DNA from: an uncultured Deferribacteres bacterium
GTDB taxonomy: Bacteria; Zhuqueibacterota; Zhuqueibacteria; Zhuqueibacterales; Geothermadaptataceae
Assembly: GCA_964014485.1 (NCBI GenBank)
Contig: CAXHAT010000047.1
Location: forward strand, 1 to 43,300
Direction: 5' to 3'
Length of the DNA stretch: 43,300 nucleotides
Shown piece by piece: positions 8,918 through 17,125 of the stretch; the stretch's first letter is position 1; every line of letters begins with the position of its first letter. The notes under the pieces are model-generated. The model saw nothing but the letters and a program-made list of their open reading frames with translations, had not been told where the DNA came from and searched no databases. A program made the position numbers and the translations under genes.

Positions 8918-9520
8918 ATGTATAACTTCGTTGCAGCCGAGGAAGATAAAGATAAAAAGGAAAAGGAAGCGCCGGCGGCCTCAGGGATTGGCGAGAAGCT
9001 TTTTAAGGCGCGGACGCTTTTTATTTGTGGAGAAATCGATCAAAAGCTGGCAAAAGAGTTCATGATGCAACTCGTCGCCCTTGCCGATGAGTCGGAAGAC
9101 GACATCACGATTTACCTTAACTCTCAAGGCGGACACGTTGAGGCGGGCGATACCATCCACGATATCATTCGTTTTGTGAAGCCGAGGGTTAAAATTGTCG
9201 GCACCGGCTGGGTGGCCAGCGCAGGAACCCACATTTATCTTTCCGTCCCAAAAGAAGATCGTTTTAGTTTACCGAACACGCGGTTCCTTATCCACCAGCC
9301 AATGGGCGGCGTTGGCGGGCGCGCTTCCGACATTAAAATTGAAGCTGAAGAAATCGTAAAAATGCGCCGTCGATTGAACGAAATTATCGCGAAACAAACC
9401 GGTCAGCCTTTGAAGCGCGTTGAAGAAGATACGCAGCGCAACTACTGGATGACGGCTTCACAGGCCATCGAATACGGTATTGCCGGTAAAATTATCGAAT
9501 CTATTGATGAATTGAAATAA
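8918..9520 (+). CDS. clpP: ATP-dependent Clp protease proteolytic subunit (ClpP2-like)
   Basis: Motifs YLNSQGG, GWVASAG (Ser) and IHQP (His). AGGAG RBS lies before the ATG at 8918. Confidence 0.93.
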   Translation: MYNFVAAEEDKDKKEKEAPAASGIGEKLFKARTLFICGEIDQKLAKEFMMQLVALADESEDDITIYLNSQGGHVEAGDTIHDIIRFVKPRVKIVGTGWVASAGTHIYLSVPKEDRFSLPNTRFLIHQPMGGVGGRASDIKIEAEEIVKMRRRLNEIIAKQTGQPLKRVEEDTQRNYWMTASQAIEYGIAGKIIESIDELK

Positions 9521-10578
9521 TGGAATTTTTGCAAAATTACGGTCTGTTTTTGGCCAAAACAGTCACGATCGTCGTTGCTCTTTTTTTTCTGACCAGCGGG
9601 ATTGCGGGGCTGATTCGGCGGGAACGCAGCATTGAGCGCGAAAAGATTACGGTCAAGCGCCTAAACAGCCACTACGATCAAATGGCGCGTTTGATGAAAT
9701 ATGAAATGCTGCCGACCAATGGTCAAAAACAGGCTATAAAAGAAGAACGAAAAAAAAGAAAAGCCGAAAAAAAGGAAGCGAAAAAGCGCGAGAAAACAGA
9801 AGATGAAGATACTCAGTCTGAACGAAAAAGAATCTTCACGATCACTTTTAAAGGCGACATTCTGGCTTCCGCCGTACAGTCGATTCGCGAAGAAATCACC
9901 GCGATTCTGATGATCGTTCAGGAAGACGACGAAGTGGTTCTCAAGCTCGAAAGCTCGGGCGGAGCCGTTCACGCCTATGGTCTCGCCGCTTCCCAGCTTA
10001 CCCGCCTAAAAGACAAGAACATACCCATCACAGTGTGCGTCGATAAGGTCGCCGCCAGCGGGGGCTACATGATGGCTTGCGTTGGCAACAGAATACTTGC
10101 CGCGCCTTTTGCGATTGTCGGCTCAATCGGCGTGGCTTCGGAGTTCCCCAATTTCCACAAATTGCTCAAGAAGCACGATGTGGATTATGAACTCATGACC
10201 GCCGGGGAGCATAAGCGCACCATGACAATGTTCGGCGAGAACAACAATGAAGTGCGAAAAAAATTCACCGAACAACTGGATGACACGCACGCCCTTTTCA
10301 AAGATTTTGTTAAAGAGCATCGTGAAACGGTGGACGTTGGGAAAGTTGCGACCGGCGAATATTGGTATGGCAAGAGAGCGCTCGATCTGAACCTCGTCGA
10401 CGAATTGCGAACGAGCGACGATTACCTCCTCGCCGCCAGGGATGATGCGGATATTTACGAAATCACCTACAAAGAGCGCGAAAAATTGCGCGAGAAAATC
10501 GCCGCTGAATTTGAAAGCGTATTTTCAAATATCGTTTATTCGCTCTGGAATAAAATCACGCGGAAACCGTTGGCTTAA
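9520..10578 (+). CDS. sohB: Protease SohB (peptidase S49)
   Basis: YGLFLAKTVT N-terminal anchor, LESSGG, YGLAASQL, DKVAASGGYMMAC and ATGEYWYG motifs. Confidence 0.95.
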   Translation: MEFLQNYGLFLAKTVTIVVALFFLTSGIAGLIRRERSIEREKITVKRLNSHYDQMARLMKYEMLPTNGQKQAIKEERKKRKAEKKEAKKREKTEDEDTQSERKRIFTITFKGDILASAVQSIREEITAILMIVQEDDEVVLKLESSGGAVHAYGLAASQLTRLKDKNIPITVCVDKVAASGGYMMACVGNRILAAPFAIVGSIGVASEFPNFHKLLKKHDVDYELMTAGEHKRTMTMFGENNNEVRKKFTEQLDDTHALFKDFVKEHRETVDVGKVATGEYWYGKRALDLNLVDELRTSDDYLLAARDDADIYEITYKEREKLREKIAAEFESVFSNIVYSLWNKITRKPLA

Positions 10579-10612
10579 GCAATCGCACAAATTTAGACGT
10601 GAAAAAATACTG

Positions 10613-10644
10613 GCCCGATAAACTCAAATTATCGGGCTTTTTTA
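10613..10644 (+). terminator. Rho-independent terminator of clpP-sohB
   Basis: Stem GCCCGATAA / TTATCGGGC followed by a T6 tract. Confidence 0.85.
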
Positions 10645-10859
10645 TTGAACCCCCGCCCTGCATTCTTTGTTTTTCCACTCTTCTGCAAATCGTTCACACC
10701 ACACTTTACCGCAATGCGCATCTATTGCACAAGCAAATCCGCAGTGAGATTCCAACGCAATCAAATCCTTGGTGTCTGCTACATCCTGTGTTTTTTTAAG
10801 TGTTTGTTTTAAAAGGTTTTGTGATTGAAGAGGCGTCGTCTTTTCTCAAGAGTGAGTTT

Positions 10860-10875
10860 TGGCGCCGCGTTTGTA
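10860..10875 (+). promoter_or_regulatory. Putative sigma-54 (-24/-12) promoter for the HD-GYP gene
   Basis: TGGCGCCGCGTTTGTA (GG-N10-GT, non-consensus -12). Upstream are an IHF-consensus match AATCAAATCCTTG (10759-10771) and a near-palindrome TGCGCA-N5-TGCACA (10715-10731). Confidence 0.45.
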
Positions 10876-11037
10876 TTAAGCAAAAGTAACATCACAAAAT
10901 AAGAATGTAGAGGATTCTTATTAGAAAACGCTTCGGGTTTCCAACATCAAATGAATTGACGTGCATCTCCGGCGAACGAAACCTTACAACGCGAAAAAAC
11001 TGCAACGATTTATCTCGTTCCCGATCAGGAGGTCACA

Positions 11038-11670
11038 ATGAACGCATTGTCATTTACGGATGTTGTCGCCGCGCCGCAAAAATCATTAACGCTGGACGTA
11101 TTCCCAAACGTTCAATTAACGACAAACTACGACGCTATCATTGAAGGTTGGCTGCGCGCGCTGAAACTGCGTGACGCCAAGAGTGAGCAGCACGCGCGTC
11201 GCGTGGCGGACCTGACAGTCCAATTTGGGCGTTCGATTGGGTTGCGAGAGCAAGACTTGGTCTACCTGAAACAAGGCGCGCTCCTGCACGATATTGGCAA
11301 GTTGATTGTGCCGTACTCCGTGCTTTTGAAACCGGAACGCCTGAGTTATAATGAAGAACAAATTATGCGAAGCCACCCGGTCTATGCTTACGAAATGCTC
11401 TCTCCGATTTCATTCCCTCGAATGGTCGTCGACATCGCGCTCTATCATCACGAAAAATGGAACGGCGAAGGCTACCCGTTCGGGCTTGCGGGAGAAGATA
11501 TTCCGTATGCGGCAAGAATGGTCGCCATCGCGGACGTGTGGGACGCTCTCACGACGGAACGCAATTATCGGACGGCTTGGTCGAAAGGCGAGGCGATTGC
11601 CTATTTCCATGAAAAAAGCGGCGTCCATTTCGATGCGGATTTGGTCGACCTGTTTCTCCGCACGGTTTAA
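11038..11670 (+). CDS. Stand-alone HD-GYP domain protein (putative cyclic di-nucleotide phosphodiesterase)
   Basis: LLHDIGK, HHEKWNGEGYPFGL and IADVWDAL motifs; AGGAGG RBS. Confidence 0.93.
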   Translation: MNALSFTDVVAAPQKSLTLDVFPNVQLTTNYDAIIEGWLRALKLRDAKSEQHARRVADLTVQFGRSIGLREQDLVYLKQGALLHDIGKLIVPYSVLLKPERLSYNEEQIMRSHPVYAYEMLSPISFPRMVVDIALYHHEKWNGEGYPFGLAGEDIPYAARMVAIADVWDALTTERNYRTAWSKGEAIAYFHEKSGVHFDADLVDLFLRTV

Positions 11671-11706
11671 ACACATTTTGACGAATCATCTCCTTTGAAT
11701 GACTCT

Positions 11707-11900
11707 CTACCTGACACTTTTTTGTAAACTGAATTTTCGAGCCGCCGAAAGGCCGTCTTGTCATTCTGTAGGAATCTTTGTTATCGCCCAGTACAGATCG
11801 TGCTCAAAAGTTCAAGGGTCGGATCAAAAAGATGCTTCCAGCATGACAATTCCGGCCTTTTTCGCCAGTTTTAGAAGCCTCGACAAAAAGTGTCAGGTAG
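11707..11900. mobile_element. MITE-like element with 16-bp perfect terminal IRs
   Basis: CTACCTGACACTTTTT (11707-11722) and AAAAAGTGTCAGGTAG (11885-11900). The internal core is shared with the element at 14738-14878. Confidence 0.75.
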
Positions 11901-11974
11901 TGAATTGAATGAAGTTCGTTTCAAGAGGTCAAAAACAATTTTGACCCATTTCAAATAAATCACGATCCATAGAG

Positions 11975-12078
11975 CTATTCTCTCCTCCTCCCTCCAACGT
12001 GAGAAACCGGCAAGTCCCGCCGGTTGCACACACTCATAAAAATCCCGAACGCCGCGCTGACGTTCGGGATTTTTGTTT
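11975..12078 (+). ncRNA. Candidate small RNA with a CU-rich anti-SD loop, a second hairpin and a terminator
   Basis: TTCTC/GAGAA stem around a loop containing CCTCCTCCC; AACCGGC/GCCGGTT hairpin; terminator at 12038-12078. No family match could be established. Confidence 0.35.
12038..12078. terminator. Bidirectional rho-independent terminator
   Basis: Perfect inverted repeat AAAAATCCCGAACG-N9-CGTTCGGGATTTTT. Confidence 0.8.
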
Positions 12079-12173
12079 ACACAAAAGTATTTCCTGCTTT
12101 CAAAATTGTTTTCCGCAAAGAAAAATCCGCGGTTTCTTTTTCATTTCAGGCTCAAAAAATCGAGAAAATTCGC

Positions 12174-12188
12174 TGGCATATGTATTGC
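12174..12188 (+). promoter_or_regulatory. Sigma-54 (-24/-12) promoter upstream of the TlpA gene
   Basis: TGGCATATGTATTGC matches TGGCAC-N5-TTGC with exact GG-N10-GC spacing, about 40 bp before the start codon. Confidence 0.65.
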
Positions 12189-12230
12189 CAAAATTGCGGT
12201 GTACTTTAACACCAAAGGGAGGTGTGTATT

Positions 12231-12716
12231 ATGAAGTCCATCGTGTTCGCCGCCTTAATCAGTATCGGCGTCAATGCATTTGCTCAACAGCCTGGAACGC
12301 AGGCTCCGGCCATTTCCGGTCAAACAATTGACGGCATGCCTATGCGTCTGCAAGACTTGAAGGGCAAAATCGTGCTGCTTGATTTCTGGGAAAGCAAGTG
12401 TAAGCCTTGCAAGGAGAAATTCTCTTTTCTCAACAAGCTGCAGGAAAGACTCAAGTTTCGCGGATTTAGAGTTTTAGCCATCAATGTCGACGACGATCCG
12501 GAAAACATGTACGCTTTTCTAAAAAAGCAAGCACAGCCGGCGAAGTTTCCTATTGTCTCTGACAGTAGAAACGGCGTTCCGGAAGATTATCTCGTCCAGG
12601 ATATGCCAACGGCCGTCTTAATCGACAAAAGCGGCGTGATTCGTTATCGGCAAACCGGATTTGATGAAGCCGAAAAAGAAAAGCTTGTTTCAGAGATTGC
12701 AGCTTTGTTGAAATGA
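12231..12716 (+). CDS. TlpA/ResA-family periplasmic thiol-disulfide oxidoreductase
   Basis: Signal peptide, LKGKIVLLDFWESKCKPC (CxxC), cis-Pro motif MPTAVLIDKSG; GGGAGG RBS before the ATG at 12231. Confidence 0.9.
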   Translation: MKSIVFAALISIGVNAFAQQPGTQAPAISGQTIDGMPMRLQDLKGKIVLLDFWESKCKPCKEKFSFLNKLQERLKFRGFRVLAINVDDDPENMYAFLKKQAQPAKFPIVSDSRNGVPEDYLVQDMPTAVLIDKSGVIRYRQTGFDEAEKEKLVSEIAALLK

Positions 12717-12730
12717 GCGTATTTTTTCTG

Positions 12731-12753
12731 CCTGGCAGTTTGAAACTGCCAGG
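12731..12753. repeat. Intergenic palindrome (REP-like hairpin)
   Basis: CCTGGCAGTTT-G-AAACTGCCAGG, with no U-tract. Confidence 0.65.
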
Positions 12754-12835
12754 TACGTTATTCCATCGTTGATTTTGAATTTTTCATATTTATTTTGAGC
12801 GACCGAATCGAAAAAACTTATCAGGAGCTGCGATT

Positions 12836-13510
12836 ATGAACAGACGCAAATTTTTGTATCGCTCAACTCTAGCCGGGGCCGGAATGATCACCGCCGGAAC
12901 GTTCTCAAAGAACTTATTTGCAAAACCGACGGCTGTCAATCAGTTCAGCATGGATGTTCTGACGGATGAACCGGAAATCGCGCTTCACTTGCTTGAAGAA
13001 ATTATTCAGGGCATAGGCTCTTCTTCCAAAATCGTTTTCAGACAACGTCGCATGGCGGGCGTTTTCACCAGCGACATGGTTTACATCAAAAACGGCGCGC
13101 TGGTTGATTTTAGAAACCAGAACGACCGTGTTTCTAACCGTTTGTCGGAAGCGGCGGAAACTTTATTCTTGCGCATTCCATTGGAAAATCCATTCCTGTT
13201 GCAATTCCACAATCGCGCGGCCAATTCAGCCCCGCAAAAGCTTTCCGTTCTGAGAGAAAATACGCTCATCCAACAAATCGATCTCAAGAGCGCGAGCGAT
13301 GAAATGAAAATTGAAGGCTTGCGCGGCCACGTCGAGTTGCGCGTGAAAAATGGCGCCGCGCAAATTCTCAACGCAACATGTAAGCACAAAACCTGCATGA
13401 AACTGGGCCGGATTTCCCACACTGGCGAAAGTCTGGTCTGCATTCCAAACGGCTTGAAAATCGCGATTGAAGGCGAGAACCAATTCGGCGTCGATAGCGT
13501 AGCCTACTGA
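12836..13510 (+). CDS. Tat-exported protein with a C-terminal NusG domain II-like (DUF1312) domain
   Basis: MNRRKFLY twin-arginine signal; C-terminal ATCKHKTCMKLGRISHTGESLVCIPN is the CxxxxC...CxPN signature of NusG-II proteins. Confidence 0.8.
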   Translation: MNRRKFLYRSTLAGAGMITAGTFSKNLFAKPTAVNQFSMDVLTDEPEIALHLLEEIIQGIGSSSKIVFRQRRMAGVFTSDMVYIKNGALVDFRNQNDRVSNRLSEAAETLFLRIPLENPFLLQFHNRAANSAPQKLSVLRENTLIQQIDLKSASDEMKIEGLRGHVELRVKNGAAQILNATCKHKTCMKLGRISHTGESLVCIPNGLKIAIEGENQFGVDSVAY

Positions 13511-13554
13511 TTTTATACCTCTGAAAATCGCATGTCATTCCGGAGAAATCTATA

Positions 13555-14628
13555 TTGAACACCAGCGAATCAGGCTCCTCACCTAAAGAAATTGCGACGA
13601 GGAATCGAGTGCGTTCTTTTGGTTTAGCCGTTCTTTTCCTGTTTTCATTGCTCATACAAGCGTCAGCCCAAACCACCGGCGCGCTTTTCGACGTCCGCAC
13701 TTCAAAAACGTTGATGGGGACGCAGGTCGATCTAATTATTTTGCACTCCAGCGCCGAGAAGGGGCAGCTCGCGGCTTTTCGCGCATTCAAAGAAATAGAG
13801 CGCATTGAAGCCTTGCTGAGTTCGCATATTGACGAGAGCGAAATTGCGCGTATCAATGCCGCCGCCGGGAAAAAACCGATTCAGGTGAGCATTGAAACGT
13901 TTGCGGTTTTGGAGCGCGCAAAATCGTACAGTGAGCGCTTTTCGGGGCTTTTCGATTTGACGATAGGCCCGCTCGTGAACTTGTGGGGCTTTAGCGGCGA
14001 TTTGCAAGTTCAAGTCCCGGAAAAAGACAAGTTGCGCAAAGCATTGGAACTGGTCAATTTCCGTTATCTCGTGTTGGATTTACAAAAACGAACGGCGCTT
14101 TTACGCAAGCCAGGCATGAAGATCGACCTCGGCGGCATTGCAAAAGGTTACGCCATTGACCGCGCCGCGATGGCGTTGAAAGCCGCCGGCGTTCGCAATT
14201 TTCTAATCAATGCAGGCGGTGATATTTTCGCTTCTGGCAGGAAAGCCAACGGGGAAAAATGGGTCGTTGGCGTGCAGCATCCTCGCCAGCCGCAAAAGCT
14301 TTTGGCAAGCTGTCAAATGACCGATTTCGCCGTTGCAACCAGCGGCGATTACGAACGTTACGCCGAATTAAACGGCAAACGCTATCATCATCTGCTCAAT
14401 CCGAAGACCGGGTTGCCAAGCCGCGCTTTTCAGAGCGTCACCGTTTTCGCCGCCTCCGCCGAAGAAGCCGACGTTTGGGCGACTTACCTCTTCCTCCAGG
14501 ATCAAGCCGCGGCGCAAAATCCGCCTGCGGAAGCGCCAAGCGCCGTATTTATCGATTCCCAAGGAAAACTGCATTCATCGGATGCAACGCGAAAACAGTT
14601 CGTTTTCACTTCGCTTGCGGGGAAATAA
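13555..14628 (+). CDS. apbE: FAD:protein FMN transferase
   Basis: LMGT, FDLTIGPL, IDLGGIAKGYAID, NAGGDI and ATSGDYER...YHHLLNPKTG motifs. The start codon is uncertain. Confidence 0.95.
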   Translation: MNTSESGSSPKEIATRNRVRSFGLAVLFLFSLLIQASAQTTGALFDVRTSKTLMGTQVDLIILHSSAEKGQLAAFRAFKEIERIEALLSSHIDESEIARINAAAGKKPIQVSIETFAVLERAKSYSERFSGLFDLTIGPLVNLWGFSGDLQVQVPEKDKLRKALELVNFRYLVLDLQKRTALLRKPGMKIDLGGIAKGYAIDRAAMALKAAGVRNFLINAGGDIFASGRKANGEKWVVGVQHPRQPQKLLASCQMTDFAVATSGDYERYAELNGKRYHHLLNPKTGLPSRAFQSVTVFAASAEEADVWATYLFLQDQAAAQNPPAEAPSAVFIDSQGKLHSSDATRKQFVFTSLAGK

Positions 14629-14737
14629 CTCCTGCCGATTCGACCGCTTCCCGTCGCGCATCGTCGTCTTGTTTTCCTCGCATGCCGCCTTCCTTGTTTT
14701 TAATTGAAGATCACAATCTCTCGATCAATTTGCCTCA

Positions 14738-14878
14738 GAGCGTATTTGGAAAGTCCCTGTCTTGTCATTCCGTAGGAATCTTTTTGGGTCGCCAGGCATG
14801 AACGTTCCGACAGTTGTTGCGGAAAAGTCTAAAAAAGATGCTTACAGCATGACAATTTAGGACTTTCCAAATACGCTC
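14738..14878. mobile_element. MITE (141 bp) with 19-bp perfect TIRs and a TCA target-site duplication
   Basis: GAGCGTATTTGGAAAGTCC ... GGACTTTCCAAATACGCTC, flanked by TCA at 14735-14737 and 14879-14881. GAG ends with a TNA duplication resemble IS5-family (IS1031 group) elements. Confidence 0.85.
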
Positions 14879-14918
14879 TCAGCGATTCAAAGCGATTTCC
14901 AAAATTTTAACATAATTT

Positions 14919-16139
14919 ATGCTCATGGATTGGACAAAAGTTTACTCAAGAAATTTCAAAAACATCGGCCATTCCGACGTGGCTGAAATTCTCAAACTTG
15001 CCGAACAACCGGAAGTCATTTCTTTCGCCGGCGGTCTGCCGGATCCTGAAACGTTTCTCCTCGAAGAAATCAAGGAAGCGACGAACGAAGTTTACGCGAA
15101 TGTTCGCAGTCCAATCTTGGGTTACGGCCCCGTTCCCGGTGTAAAGCGCTATCGCGAATGGCTGGCGGAACGCATGACCCGGCAAGGGCGGCCGACTGAA
15201 ATGAGCGAATGCATTGCAACCACTGGCGGTATCGCGGCTTTTGATCTGATTTGTAAAATTTTGCTCGATCCCGGAGACGTCGTCGTTGTCGGAGAGCCGA
15301 GCTACCTTGCCGTTTTACATGTCGTTCGCAGCTACGAAGGGCGTTTCGTTGGCGCGGCTTTGGACAGTGACGGGATGAACCCGGACGCTTTGGAAGCAAA
15401 ACTGCGGGAATTGCAAAAAGCCGGTAAACGCCCGAAATTCATTTACACCGTCCCGTCCTTCCAGAATCCCGCTGGGGTTACCATGTCAACGGAGCGGCGC
15501 CAAAAAATCATCGCCGTCGCGCGAGAATTCAATGTCCCGATTGTTGAAGACGCAGCGTATCGCGACCTGCGCTTTTCGGGTGAAGCGCCGCCGCTGCTCG
15601 CTGCGTTAGACCCTGAAAATGTGATCCACATCAACACCTTCTCCAAAATTTTCAACCCGGGGATTCGCTTGGGCTGGCTGACCGCGCCGAGAGATTTCAC
15701 GAATGCCGTCGTCTTGGCAAAACAAGGTCAGGATCAATGCAGCTCAACGCTGGGGCAGTACTTAATCCCCGCGTTTGACGAAAAAGGCTTGCTCGAGAAA
15801 CAGATTGAAAACGCCAAAAGCGTTTATCGGAAAAAGTGCGGCGTTATGCTGGAAACGATGGCGCAAACTTTCCCCCAAAATGCAACCTGGACGCAGCCGG
15901 AAGGGGGATTCTATACCTGGGCGACCTTCCCGGAAACCACCGATACGGAAGCATTGCTGCCGCGCGCTATCGAAGAGACGAGCGTCGCATACGTTTCCGG
16001 CTCGACGTTCTATCACGACCGCAGCGTCAAAAACAAGATGCGTATTTGCTACAGCTTCGTTTCCGAAGAAAAAATAAAAACCGGAATCACGCGATTAGGC
16101 GAGCTTCTGCGATCCGTCGCCGATAAAGCTGACGCCTAG
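14919..16139 (+). CDS. PLP-dependent class I aminotransferase (2-aminoadipate transaminase / LysN-like)
   Basis: VISFAGGLP, FQNPAG, VEDAAY, TFSKIFNPGIRLGW (PLP lysine) and PEGGFY motifs. Confidence 0.92.
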   Translation: MLMDWTKVYSRNFKNIGHSDVAEILKLAEQPEVISFAGGLPDPETFLLEEIKEATNEVYANVRSPILGYGPVPGVKRYREWLAERMTRQGRPTEMSECIATTGGIAAFDLICKILLDPGDVVVVGEPSYLAVLHVVRSYEGRFVGAALDSDGMNPDALEAKLRELQKAGKRPKFIYTVPSFQNPAGVTMSTERRQKIIAVAREFNVPIVEDAAYRDLRFSGEAPPLLAALDPENVIHINTFSKIFNPGIRLGWLTAPRDFTNAVVLAKQGQDQCSSTLGQYLIPAFDEKGLLEKQIENAKSVYRKKCGVMLETMAQTFPQNATWTQPEGGFYTWATFPETTDTEALLPRAIEETSVAYVSGSTFYHDRSVKNKMRICYSFVSEEKIKTGITRLGELLRSVADKADA

Positions 16140-16226
16140 CCCTTGCAAACGCTATAAGCGGGGTGCTGAACCCGGTTCAATCATTGTGGAGAAGTGAAGG
16201 CGGGATATAAAAATTGGATCAACGAT

Positions 16227-16493
16227 TTATGGGAAATATTTGTAAATGTCCTTGCGGTGAAGAATCCGAGTTAAAATTACCGTCTCATCAACAAACTCGA
16301 GTCCGATTCGATAATCTCCCATTCTAATCCGATGGTAGGTTTCATGCCCCTTTAGTTTTCTGATGTTTCGAATCTCTTTAAGATTCTCAGCGCTTTTAAT
16401 GTTATCAAGAATCGCTTTTATCCGTTTGAGAAGCTTTTTGTTTTTGATCGTTTTCAAGTCTCTCTCAAAACTTGCTTCATAACGGATGTTCAT
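16227..16493 (-). CDS. Type II toxin, RelE/ParE family
   Basis: 88 aa, basic, with IRKLKG...YHRIRMGDYRIG...RILHRKDIYKYFP. Confidence 0.92.
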   Translation of the reverse strand: MNIRYEASFERDLKTIKNKKLLKRIKAILDNIKSAENLKEIRNIRKLKGHETYHRIRMGDYRIGLEFVDETVILTRILHRKDIYKYFP

Positions 16494-16495
16494 GT

Positions 16496-16696
16496 TCAGC
16501 TTTCCAAAATTTTGAGAATGCGGTCTTCGCTGACGAAGCTATTCGTTCTTCCCTCTTTTATGGCGTTTGCCAGTCCGGCTTCTTCAAGCGCCTCCAAAAC
16601 CAAATCGTAAAACCCTTCCCGATTCTCCCGGATCATCTCCGCAAGCGTTTCCCGCATGAGATCTTTGAGCTTGTTGTCATCAATTGTCAGTTCCAT
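16496..16696 (-). CDS. Putative cognate antitoxin
   Basis: 66 aa, acidic and helical (EALEEAGLANAIKEG...VSEDRILKIL), ending 2 bp before the toxin start. Confidence 0.8.
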   Translation of the reverse strand: MELTIDDNKLKDLMRETLAEMIRENREGFYDLVLEALEEAGLANAIKEGRTNSFVSEDRILKILES

Positions 16697-16908
16697 TTTT
16701 ATATTCCCTTAATTCCGTTCAAGGCTGTAACATTATCATAATTCCGAACAAACCTACATCCGTCAAATTTGAATCGCAAGCGGTTTAAGTGAAAAGGTCT
16801 TGCTCGGGGATTGTCCATTCATATTCAGCCGTAGAAGAAAAGTGGGAAGCAAGCGATGGCCATTTTTAAATCGGTGCGGCGCCCGGTCCACCGTTCAACG
16901 CCGACTTT

Positions 16909-17118
16909 TTGGAAGAACTAATTGCCGGGTATCAATCGCAGGAGCAGTTGGGCGAGCTTGTTTTTTGGTTTGCTTTGCTGGCGATTGTGATTGCGTGTCT
17001 GGGACTGTTTGAGTTGGCGACGTTCATGGCCGAGCAGCGCACAAAGGAAATCTGCGCGCGAAAAGTGCTCAGCGCTTCCACGCCCGGCCTTTCTTTGCCA
17101 TTGTTGCTCAATATTTGA
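16909..17118 (+). pseudogene. Remnant of the C-terminus of a MacB/FtsX-family ABC permease
   Basis: FALLAIVIACLGLFELATFMAEQRTKEICARKVLSAS is a degenerate form of the conserved IACLGLFGL...EQRTKEIGIRKVLGAS motif. The rest of the gene is absent. Confidence 0.75.
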
Positions 17119-17125
17119 TCAATCG

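Noticed and set aside
10880..11037. c-di-GMP riboswitch in the HD-GYP leader
   Set aside because: No GEMM-type conserved motifs or convincing stems were visible; an Rfam scan would settle it.
12836..13510. Transcription factor NusG
   Set aside because: Only the domain-II-like module is present, with a Tat signal and no NGN or KOW domains.
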